Source: Cyanophora paradoxa CCMP329 (taxonomy: Eukaryota > Plantae > Glaucophyta). Taken from it: a stretch of 64,000 nt of DNA. The notes under the pieces were generated by a model. That model did not search any database, was not told the origin of the DNA, and worked only from the letters and a program-made list of their open reading frames with translations. Made by a program: the position numbers and the translations under genes. This document shows positions 40,101 through 52,100 of the stretch, piece after piece; the first letter of the stretch is position 1; every line of letters starts with the position of its first letter. Location of the stretch: contig QPMI01000416.1 in the NCBI GenBank assembly GCA_004431415.1, forward strand, positions 186,001-250,000, read 5' to 3'.

Positions 40101-43100
40101 CCAAGGTCTTTACTGACGAGTCTTCGCCATTATGTAGCTACGGACCCGGGGAGCACGTCAACTGGGGCAGCCCAAGCCACTCCAGAGACGTGGAGCTGTC
40201 CGTCCACTGTGAGCATATCGAACGGGGGCACGGTTCGCAGCAACGCTGCGGGGAGCGCAACGTACGCGCCAAGCATGCGGAGCTGCTGGCAAGCGTGTGC
40301 GCCCTCCGGGCAGCGCATGTCCCTTGGCTTCAGCAGCTTTGCAACCGAGTCCGGCTATGACATACTCACCGTTTATGACGGTGAGTCATAGCTATAGCGA
40401 ACAGGCTCGGTTCTCTGACTGACGCGCTCGAAATGCGCAGGCCAAACTGCTTCTCTGACTTCAAAAGTAGGGAGCTACAGCGGCAGCTACCCGGCGCTGA
40501 CCTTTCTGTCTACCTCGACTTGCCTGTTGCTGAAGTTCTCCTCCGACGACGGGCGTGAGCTGGCGGGCTTTGTCGGCCTTGCGGCGTCCGTTGCGCCTGC
40601 TCCAGTCGGCAAGCTTGCTTGTTGTTGTTCTTGGCCGATACATATGCTGATGACCATCACCGCTTGCAGTGACGCCGGCTCCTATCACATACGATGCTTC
40701 GTGTGAGTACCTTACAGACAGCAACGGGGCTTACACATGGGTACCGGCCGCGTACAATCAGGGCCTTTGCAAGGTCATCTGCGGCGGGGAAGGGCAAACC
40801 GTTCACGTCGCATTCCCCTATTTCAGTACAGTGTACAACGACCCCGATCGGGTGTACGTTTACACCGGAGCCACGAAGACGTCGGCTAATCTGCTGAGAA
40901 CTCTGTGGGGCGGGTACACGGAGGGCACCTTGCACATTTCAGCCGGTCGCTGCGCGCTCGTGCATTTCTACACGACTCGAACCACGACACCCCTCTCAAC
41001 TACAAAGGCGACGCTCCGCTGGCTGATCACAGGTCGGTACACCTTCGCATCCTCCCCCAGTACCAGCTTTGAATGGTTGACGGCCTTGGTTCTGTCATCC
41101 TCAGGGCAGAGCAAGTGCAAGGGGCTTGTTGATACAACACCCAACTGCCCATCCGGATTGACAGGCAGCACGAGTGGCAGCGTGAATCCGTCGTCCTTCA
41201 CCTATCTTCCGACCCTCACAATCCCACCCGGTAATATTGCACGCGATGCACTATTATAATTAGGGCACAAAATGACAAGCGCGCGATTTCGTGCAGGCTG
41301 CTCGGCAACGTACACAGCACTGTGCTCGAACGAGTATGCAGCCTACACGAACGAGTACATCCACTTCTACACAAGGCGCGTGAATGAAAGCGATGATCAG
41401 TTATTGATGAACTGTGCTTTGTATTTATTCGTTGATCAGATCGAACGGGGTTGCGCTGACGGGAGCAAGGTGAAGCGATTGCGAACAGACGGTCTTTCCA
41501 ACTAATCCTCTAATCTCTGCGCCAGTGACTCCCAGCAAATTCAACGAAAAGCGTACTGCCCTACAACGACGGCCGATCTGGAGTTCTCGACCCATTCTGT
41601 GTCGGCGTGCTCGGTATGCTTCCCAGCGCAGGTCTCGGCAATGATGGCCAACCCTTACACAACGTCCGGCCGCTACTACAACTGGCAAGTCAGCTCGACC
41701 ATGAGCTCGTGCGGCTCCACCGCGAAGTGCTGTGCGCGGGCCTTCGACAGCTCTTGAACTTCCGCTAGACCCTTGTGCTCACATGCTTTCCTTCCGTTTT
41801 CCGCAGCGTGGGTGCCGAAAATCTTTCCGTCTGTCCCGGGCCCATCGGAGTGCCTTGCAGGCTGGCCGTGCACCATATCGTACACATGGCAGGGCACGAT
41901 TCCGACGTTGACTGTCGCGCTGAAGACCGCCAATCTTTCCGATGTTTTAATTATCGCCACCGATGCGCCTTCGGGGTCCAACTTTGCTGGAACTTTCACT
42001 TGGACGGTGCTAGTGCCATGCCATTCCATGCGATGACATCTGCCTGACTATGCGAACAGCCTCCAGCTTCTATTCAGGCAGGAAGCTATCTCCTCGCGCT
42101 GAGCAGCACCGGGTGTCCGGAAACGCAAACAGTCTCTACTCCGATATTCGTTCGCCCAGGTCTGCGCATTTTACATTCCGGTCATGATCAATTGCTTTGA
42201 GCAGATACTTAAGCTTTCTATTTCCTGGCAGCGCCTTCGTTTTCCGTCACGAAGCCGATCAGTGGGGGCATCACGTATTGGAAGTATGAGCGGGTGTATG
42301 AGATCGCGTGGGCTATCGATCCCTCCTTCCGCGTTTTCTCCGTCAGCATTGGCCGCAAGCCGACACCATCTGGGGCTTGGGTGCCGCTCCTCAATGTTTC
42401 CAGCGCAATACAGCAGACGAGAACATATGTCTTACTGAATACTACCTTCCCATCTGGCGTGTATTCCATTCGCATCGCCAGCGTCGACGATCCTCGCATC
42501 TCTGTGATTGCAGAAAACGTCATCAACGTTACCAGCAGTGCGTGATCCAGTCCTGGATCGACGGTTAAACTTGCTATTTTAAAAGTTTGTGCGCAGTTTT
42601 GCCTCGCGGGCCTTGCTTCCCCTCTCTCGCGACCGAGCCCGCCATGCTCCGCCTCGGAATGAACAAGCTCGGCTCCCTCTGCTCCCGACCGCTTGAAGCT
42701 CAGGATGAAGACGAAGGGACCTTCGTAGCTTCCACGGCGGCATCGTTTGGCGGCCGCTGGGTGTTCGCGGCGAGCGCCGCCGGGAACTACAGCTTCGACA
42801 CGTTCGCCTCTGCAGGGGATCTCGACGCTTCCAACTCGACAGTGTGGCCGGTGGTAGAGATTCGCGATCAGGCTTGCGACACGATTCTGAGCTCCTCTTC
42901 GTCGCCCACAGCTCAGGTGGATGACGGTCTCTCCTCGCAAGCGGTGGCCCTCCGCACCGGACAGACCGTCTACGTCGTGATTGGGTCGCGGGGGCCTGTC
43001 TGCAGTCGCAACACAACCATCTCGATCCGCCTGCAAGGTAGCGACTGTGGCTTCCTCGGACCCATTTTACGAGAAATGACTGCTTGTATACGTATTCAGG

Positions 43101-46100
43101 CTACGCGGCTTCTGTTACTCCTCGATATTGGCGAGCCTCAGGGTCTCAAACCGTCACCGTGAACGGGACCAATCTGTTCAACGCGACGGCAGGGACGCCT
43201 GTCGTGCGCCTGCGTTCGTCATCGGCCGGTGTCATAGCTATAGCGACGCTTGCGGCTTCTGCGGGGTCTTCCCCGAGCCGTCTCACGTTTGTGACCCCGT
43301 CGTCGTTGTCGGAGTTCGTGGGGCCTATCGATCTCGATATCTTCGACAAGGAAGCGAACGTAACGAGCCTCTCGCCACCCTCGACGACAGCATCGCTCGC
43401 TGCCGTTCTCGGAGGTTCGCTAGCTCAGCTTGGCGCGGTGTCTCCAACAATTAAATCCGCGGATCCTTACGATTCACCGTAACAGCATCGAATCTAATCG
43501 AAAATCACCGTAAGGCTCAGTGTCACGATCGATAATTTCGGTTTCACAATCGATATAATACAACTTCATCGATTAACTCGACCCAATTCATCTTTTTATG
43601 CGCGGTGACTTCGTTAAGTCGGCAGAATGCCTCTTCTCCCACGATTCCGCACGATTCCGCTCGATACACAGTAAGAATTCGTCTTTTTTCGCGCGGTGTC
43701 TCCCACGATTCACAGTAACTTTTAACCAAAAGTTTAATAAAAATAAATCATGCACGACTTCTTAGATTATACTTTCTTCTCACAACATTGCTACGGTTTG
43801 GTTTGATTCCTTCTTTCTTCAACCTTTGATTAACTGTATTCGTTTTCTTTACTCTTGTTATTCGTTTTTGCGATGGAATCTTAATGACTTCATTAACTTT
43901 CACTTTCTGTAATTCTTGCTTCTTGAAGCGTCGCTTAACTTCCTTCTCGTCCCCATCCATATCTTCCAACACTTTGAATCTATTCCCATCAGACCTTCCA
44001 ACTTTATAAACCTTTTGACTAAACCTTGCACCTTCCTTTTCAAATGCACTCTTCTTACCTTCTAACACTCGAACAGTATCACCTGGTTTAACATCGACTC
44101 TCTCATTTCCCTTCACGTTATTATTGTGAACAGTATCCCGAAGGTAAATATATAGTTGTTTATCTTCGTTAGAATACACTGTATTTGGTGAATCATTCTT
44201 CAAGGCACTATGGGGTGAATTGTTATAAATGGCGAGAACTTCGGTCACTAAATCAATCCACTTACTTGTCCCATTCGATGTCATTGCCTTCCGTAAATAC
44301 TGCTTGAAAGTCCTGGTGAATCGATCGATAATTCCGAGTTTATCACCAACTGTAATGTGTTCATCCTTAGCGACATCGGTATACAATCGCACCCCATGTT
44401 CTCCACACCAATTGCGATACATTGCGCTGGAAAACTCATTATCTCCCGATAGAGCAGCAACTTTACCTGCATCCTGTTTGAATCGATTTAGAATACTTGG
44501 GATGTTTTCGTTCGTTTTGAAAGGATACACGAATGCCTTTCTGCTCAGAATATCAACAAAACTAATCATCTTAAAAATACCATTGTTTGCAGTTTGAAAT
44601 CCTTTGAAATACATAATATCTACTTGGAATGAACGTGGTTTCGCAACAATCCTTAGGAATGATTTAGGCTTTTTCGGTTTCTTGAATATCTGATGCACTT
44701 CTGAGTTTAAAAAGCGTTTTTTCAATTCTTCCTCATCAAAGTTTACTTTATCATTAATCAATTTCTGGCGATACTTCTTGTAAGATAACACATTATCCAT
44801 TATTGAGCAGCGCAGTTACACCTAATATGTGACAGGAAACAATTTTTGGTAGTATGGGGCAACGCATTATTGATTCGATCAATAGAAATTACGTTCAGAT
44901 CGAAGTCCATACCACCATAACAACGAAGACAGTGACCATATTGCTTGCCGTAGCGTTTCTTGCACCAATCCCAATTGACATACTCCTTCTCGTCATACGG
45001 TCTGTTTGCCTTCTTGTCTTGCTCCTTGTACTGCTCAATTCTCTCGCTGAACTTCTTCATGTTCACAACGTGTTCTGCCCACTCATACCCATCATGGTAA
45101 ATCTTCACACGACTTAGCTCGGTAGTTCGGGTGATTGCTGTGTAGAACCATTCCGCAGAAACGAAGGGCGCACCCGCTTCATAGATCACCACATTACCGC
45201 TCTTGCAATCTATTGTATCACCCTGAATCACGTGACAGGTATAAGCGTAAGGAAGTGAGAAATATCTCATTGCAGGTGGGTCTAATGTGATCACTTCCTT
45301 TGTAGCGATATCTTCGATGACGAACTCTTTGTCGTCATATGCCTTGATGGTGTACGTAAATCCATTGTGAATAGTCACACCATTTTTCACGATCCTTTGC
45401 TTTGCGACAATCTCCACACCTTTCGCAAAAATTGGGACATCTTCCCCGTAGTTCAATTTATGCAATTGCAGGTTGACTTCCGCAGCCTTGCGATTGGTGT
45501 AAACGATCGCCCTGTCATCTTTCTCCAAAGTATCGACCGTTTCAAACCTGTACTTTTTAATGACATCGGGAACACTCAAACGATTTTCGAAGAGATCCTT
45601 TTTGATTTCCTCGACAGTGTCGCGGTCTTCTTGGGTCTTGTGACGCTTATTAACCTTCAATACTAACTCGTTCTTGAACAGGAGACGCAGAATGTATGAG
45701 TAGTATTCTTTTTGGTCAACCGTCATATCCTGGATGGGCGGATTTTGGTGTGGGTCACCTGTAGCGATGTAGACCTTATCCGGAACAGCACTTCCATAAT
45801 GTATGCAAGCGCCGCCAATTCTGGAACTGTGAATTGACAGATTTCATCGATTACGATGCAATCGTACTCAACCAATCCGGAAGCATTACCACCCACGATC
45901 TCGTCCATGTTCGAATCGTCCACTTTCAGATGCAGAGCATCGTAGATGGTCTTAACATTTGCAAGACCATGTTGTAGCTTCATGTCGCGAATCCTCTTAT
46001 TTGTCGGAACAATGAACAGGGGATTTTGGAAACGCTTACCAAACTGAACACCAATGTAGGTCTTTCCCACTCCTGGAACGACACCCAATATAATCCATCG

Positions 46101-49100
46101 CTTCTGAGCAGCAAGAGTTTCGCAAATTGCCGTGGTGTTATACTCATCAACTACCGAGTAAATAATGTGATTCGACTTCTCTAATTTCACGAAGTTCTCC
46201 TCGCGCTCCAATTTCCCGTAGTGAATGCGCTTGAAATTGAACTCCTTATTGTTCCCGATATACTTCTTTGTGAAATTGGGGCAATGCTTGACGCTGAATT
46301 CACCAATGTTGTCGTATCTGTGACGGTCGAAACTCACAAGAGGGATCGGATCACAAGAGGTCGTGTAGACACAATCAGTATTAACAGAGACTGGATTAAG
46401 TCCTTTCTTACTGAGTTCGATGCACTTCTCGTATAGATTCATTCTCATAAGAGAATACATGAGATTGTGAAACGGTAGGAACCCATCAGTAAGATACTTT
46501 TCTGCTACTTGATTCACATAGTAGATGCACGGTTCTGTGATTTCTTCCTCTGCGATGACGTAACAGGTTGGGTCATACGATGCTGGATCTTTACCAAACA
46601 CGTATGGTTTTACCTCTCCGCCATATTGCTTTTGGAATTCAATCGCATCGTCGCGCTTGTTAAAGATCGTGGTCTTTACTTTGTGGTTCTTCTGTTTTCC
46701 TATTTGCCCAATATTAGCAACAAGCATCTGCTTCTTGTCTGTTGGGTCAAGGTCACTTTCCATGATTTGCTTAATCACGTCGCCTGCATAGTTTGGAACC
46801 AATTTATATGGTCGAAGAACCCCCTTAATGGTTATGTCTTCTTTCAGATCCTCGTAGTATTTTTTGAGAACCATGCCTGGGATGACATTGTACCGTGAAT
46901 CGATAAGCATGCGCTTATAACGGTCGTAGATGTTCAGTTCGTATTTCGTTCCATCCGCATTTTTCATCGATTTGAAATACTTGGATTTCAACTGAACATA
47001 GTAGAAGTTGTAGTTTTCGATTTCCTCAGCAGAAGTGATCGCGGTCTTCTGGAAATTGTCGAATTTACTAATGACTGGGACGAATTCAATCTGTTTTGCG
47101 ATAATTGCAGGATAGGCTTTGCACATGTCGTGTTCGTAGATATTCTCGCTCCACCCAATCTCATCAATGGTCTCCTTCTCCAAATCAAAGAACCCACGAA
47201 GGGCAGTCTGTGAACCAATGCGGAACGCTGTTGAAGTTTGGTCATTGTACGTACTCTTGTTAGCATTGTTAACAAGACTCAGATACATTTTCAGATTGAG
47301 CCGCTCGAATTTCTCACGATATTCAGCGTCCTTGAATTTCACCGCATAAGCAGTCTCCACATCCGTATCTGAACCGGGTGGGGTAACCGTGATGCTCTTC
47401 TCACCGTATGTGAAATGAATGTGTGTGATCTTCCGCATCGGGGAGAATCCCGCGTGAACCTGGTAGTTAACATCAACAATGAACTCTTTCAGAAGATCGT
47501 CCAAGAACCCACTGTAACAGATTGAAATTTTACTCTGAATCTTCATCTCCTCCGAATTGATAATCTTCACGATATCCTCAGGAGTTGCCGCAAACTCACG
47601 ATGTTTTCTTTGCTTGATAATCTTGAATCGCGACCCCACCGTAAGATTCGTGTCAGAGTTTGACTTGGATCCATTGAAAGAGTGAGTGAGAGATTTGAGA
47701 TTCTCGTTCAGAAGGTATAAGTGACCATTTTCGATCTTCACATAGGCAACCGATGGCGTGAGGTGGGTATTCCTCGTTTTCGGTTTGAAAGTGAGTTCAG
47801 GTATCTCAGTCTTGTCGTCTTTGTCAATAGTAACCATCCCAATGCGGTAAGGTGACAGAACCTTTTCCACAATTTCCTCAAATGTAAAGCCCCAATCATC
47901 ACCTTCTACTGGGTCACGTCCACGAATCATTTTGAATATACCGTTGTGGCTCCAATCAACCGATTTATACTTGCCTTTGGAATTGGCTTTCTGGAACGCT
48001 TGGGCGAAGTGCATAACAAGAACATCAGGAACGCAGCGACCCACTTTGAAGTTGTCACCGCGTACAAAGAGTTCCCCCAATGTCTTTGCTTGTGGGTTGG
48101 TCTCAGTTCGCAGATACTTGGAGATGATCATTGGGGCATGTTGCGAATCCCGTAGTGCTTGCTGTTGTCTCGGTACATACGCTTGATTGTCTGTGGTAAT
48201 GATTCGCTCGAATGTGACAATATCCCCGTAAATATCATTTTGAACTTTAACGAAGAATCGGAAATCACGATTGCCCACATTCGCTTGTGCGATCGCTAAC
48301 ATGAACTCTTGGATATTCTCAACACCCATCAGAGCTGGGAAGGTATTGAACGTGTTTTTGATTTTGTCAAGTGACTTCAACAGATCCTCTTTCGAACACT
48401 GAATTGCGAGAGGTTGGTTAGTGCTTGTCTTCTTCATCTCGAAGTAGAACATACCGCCATCCTCGACCACATTGGAATTAGCGGGCAGGTTTGGGATCTT
48501 ATCAGGTGTGATGTCCTTGTAGACTCGGACATGCAGAACTACCATATTTCCGGGTGAGTTCTGGATGTACTCGCGAAGGTTATCCATCATTTCTTGGAAG
48601 GGATCCCGACGCTTGCGCTTCTCACGCTTCTCAATGTTCTTAGCCGTCCTCTCCGCCTTTGCCTCCTTCTTCTGTTGCTTACGCTCAAACCGCTGGTAGA
48701 GCGAACGATTGATTTGTCTAATGATATCATCCAACTTATCCTCTCGTGGTCGCTGGTAAGTTACCACATCGAGAAACTCTTCGAACTTCTCACGGTTTAT
48801 CTTGTCGTCTACGAACGCTTGCATAGACTTCGCCACAATCTCTTGCTTCTTCTTTCTCAGCCTCAAATTCGACGCTCGCGGCATGTTGCTTCTTTCTTAT
48901 TCTATACAAATAAATTATTTCTTTAAGTGATTTTCATAGCAAGACGTCATTTTTTGACCAATTGGGAATATCCACCGGTCAAGCAAATTATAAAAAGAAG
49001 GAAAGGGTTCGACCATCATTCGATGGTTCTAAAAATAACTCGAATGGGGTTGTTTATCTTTTTGAAGCGCGTTTACCGCGATTTCGTCTTTCTCAGAGCA

Positions 49101-52100
49101 AGCGCGCCGAGAAAAACAAGATTAGAAGTAAATGGATGGGCGCCCACGATTGGAATAGGGAACGCCATACAGATACTTGATGTAGCACACAGCGTTAGCG
49201 GTGTACTGGCGTTGTGAACTCTCCATGATTTTCATTGCCCGGTAACATTCATCGGAATTGTAAATCTCAGTCATTTGTTTGGAGAGTTTTGTACTGTACT
49301 TCTTCAAATACTCCCGTCCTTTCTCTGTCTTGCGGTAGCGGTAAATGGCGCGTTTCTGGGCTTTGCTGATCGGCATTCTCTCCTTGTTCCTCTTCTGATA
49401 TATAGCAAGAAATCTTTAAATCCTTTTTGTTATTGGTATATACCCTTTTAGGAACATCGTCATTTTTTGCGCATCGTTACTGAGAAGATGCCGGAAAAAT
49501 AAGTCGAAGGTCACCCCTTCAAGTTTCTACGAATGAACCCCGCAGAACAGGTGATTTTAAAGCGTGATCATGGATATCACAACTTTTCTACAACGCCACT
49601 TATAAAAATAAGTAAACGTGAGCGCAAACTTTCGGAATGGATGTTTAGCGCTATTCTTTAAAGAGATTATTTTAGCGTGAGAATGATGCGTGAGCTGTCG
49701 CTTAACGACGGTAGCCTGGACGAATGCCCAACTTAGCGAATCCTGAAACCATTGGCGCCGCATTGGGAATCGAGTTAAGCGGGTCGGATTGCGATGTAGC
49801 CACCCTCAAAATAGATTTATTAAGCACCGGCAAATCGGTTTTGTTCGATTCTTGATAATCAATAGTCTTAGCGATTAATTCGGTTGGTGATTCCTTGACA
49901 ACCTTAATGGGATCAGGTAGCACATCAAAAGTAACTTCGGGTTTCTTCTCTACCTTCTCTTTGGTTATAGGTTGCTCTTTGATCTTCTTCTCTTTTTGTG
50001 TCTCATCGGCGATTCCCTCAATGAGACTTTTAGCGTGTTGGTATGTGATCGTTTTGAGACCGCCTGTTACCGCTCTAATAAAGTAACGGTTGCGGTGGTC
50101 TTTCTCAGAATAGGTTGAGTATAGACGTTCACCGCCATCAAGGAGTTTAAGAAGGGTCGACGATGTTGCTACCTTCTCAGTGGTCGATGATTTGAACTGA
50201 CCCTTTTTAATTCCGCGCTTTGCACCGGGCATACGGTTTAGCGGGACTTGATTAACAAGGGCGTTATCATCATGCACATCTTTTGTTGATGCTTGTGTAT
50301 ATTGGTTTCTGTCTTTGTGAACGTCACGATCAATGTCACCATTACCATACGCTGCAACACCCTTGGATTTCTTGTACCAATTCCTTCCTTTCATTTCACC
50401 ATCGCCAACGTCCGCTTCCACCGCTGGTTTGGCTAAGAAATTCTTAGGTTGAGTCTTGCGAGGCATTTGAAATAACACAACAAAAATAATTTACAAAATT
50501 ACATATTACGGGAGAATGGCAAGTAAACGCCTTCTAACTCTTTTATGACGTTTTTCAATGCCTTCTTTGTCAGATCCTTGTCATCTTGTGTTATCAGTTC
50601 AAGAGTCATCGACCAATCAGTGGTAATATCGGTTTCTACACCATTCCAATACGTGAGACGCACTTTCAGTGTTTCAACTTCTACTTCCCCATTCTGCTCA
50701 TGCAAGATCATAGAGTTATTTGCTGAATCATATTTCAGAAGACTACCTACCGTTTGGTCGATCTCAATTTTAGCAAGCGCTTTATCGTCACTGGTGTTCT
50801 TGCTTACGTAATTGCCTTTGAAGGGGTCAACATGTAGAAGGATGTAAGAATTGAACAGAAGATCAAGTGGTATTACGCTATCGACGTAATGGTTGTAAGT
50901 GATTGAACCAATCTCAACTGGCGCATCAAGTGGAGCGGAAGCGTAACCATTTTCCGAACTTGCAGGTGTAAGATCAGGGAAACCAAGGAAGTTCGCTAAG
51001 ATCCTACTACCAAATCGTAGGTTAAATACTGCATCCGACATGAACCTTAGAGATATGGTAACAGGATCGTATGTCACATGGAAATGGCGAGTGTAGGTAG
51101 TTCCAACTGCACCATATGACTGTGAGGCGAGTTTTGCATTTAGTAGATTCACCAAACTATCTGTTGTGTATGTACCTTTCGTAATAATATTACTTCTGGT
51201 CTTAATCACATTTGCAGCATCGTAAGTAGATGTAATGAGCGTTCCATTTTCGCTGAGATTGTAGATGTTGTTGAACATTTCGAAATTGGTAACGCGACAC
51301 GCTTTAACCTTCTGGATTGCATGGGGAAGTTTGTAAGTAAAGTTTGTTGGGGTTCCATCATCTCGGTCTCTGGAATCAATATTAATATAATGACGCGTCA
51401 TTCTGTTTAATAATGTAAATTAAAAATTTCTTTTCGTATTTTAAACATAAGACATGGCTCTTACTGGAACGACCCTTAAAGAACTCCTTGTAACTCCCGG
51501 ATCGGATCAAATTTACCTATCACCCGGTCTCCAAATCGGAACCAACCCCAAATACAAACCATTCCTCGAACAAGTCCGTCCACGCGGTAATACCTTTGGG
51601 TTTAAGACGACCGCTTACTTCGATCTCCCACGCAAGCAACTCCTCAGTGGCGTTTCGCTTTATTTCAAAGTGACCACTGGTGGTGGTGTTGCTTGCACTC
51701 TTCCCAATGGCGGCGCTTCATTCATCAATGAGATCCGCTTCGTACATGGTGGGTTTAAGTACATCATCCCCGGTGATTGGATTACTGTTAATGCCCTGGT
51801 TGATACTGATCATTCTACCATGGGTAGTCTGCATGCTTCTCTCGGTTTCTTCAAGGAAATTGAACGTGACAGCACCAATGAATCGATGGAGTACATTGTA
51901 AGAATTCCCGCGCAATTCTGGGATGATGCGTATTTCCCTCTTTGCGTTCTGGCGGATATGCCCACGATTGAGGTTGATTTCCGCGATGTTGGAATAGTTG
52001 AAGTCCCTGCTGGTGGATCGGTAAGCATTGCGGACTGTTCACTCATCTGTCAATTTGTTAATATTGCTTCTGCGGAGGCTGAGACTCTGTTAAAGACGGC

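Noticed and set aside
43544-43729. Identical 61-aa ORFs at 43544-43729 and 53992-54177
   Set aside because: A consequence of the TIRs; non-ATG start and no coding signature.
45780-45845. Programmed -1 ribosomal frameshift in the Pol-helicase
   Set aside because: No X XXY YYZ slippery heptamer in the allowed interval, and the break falls inside the helicase core; an indel is more likely.
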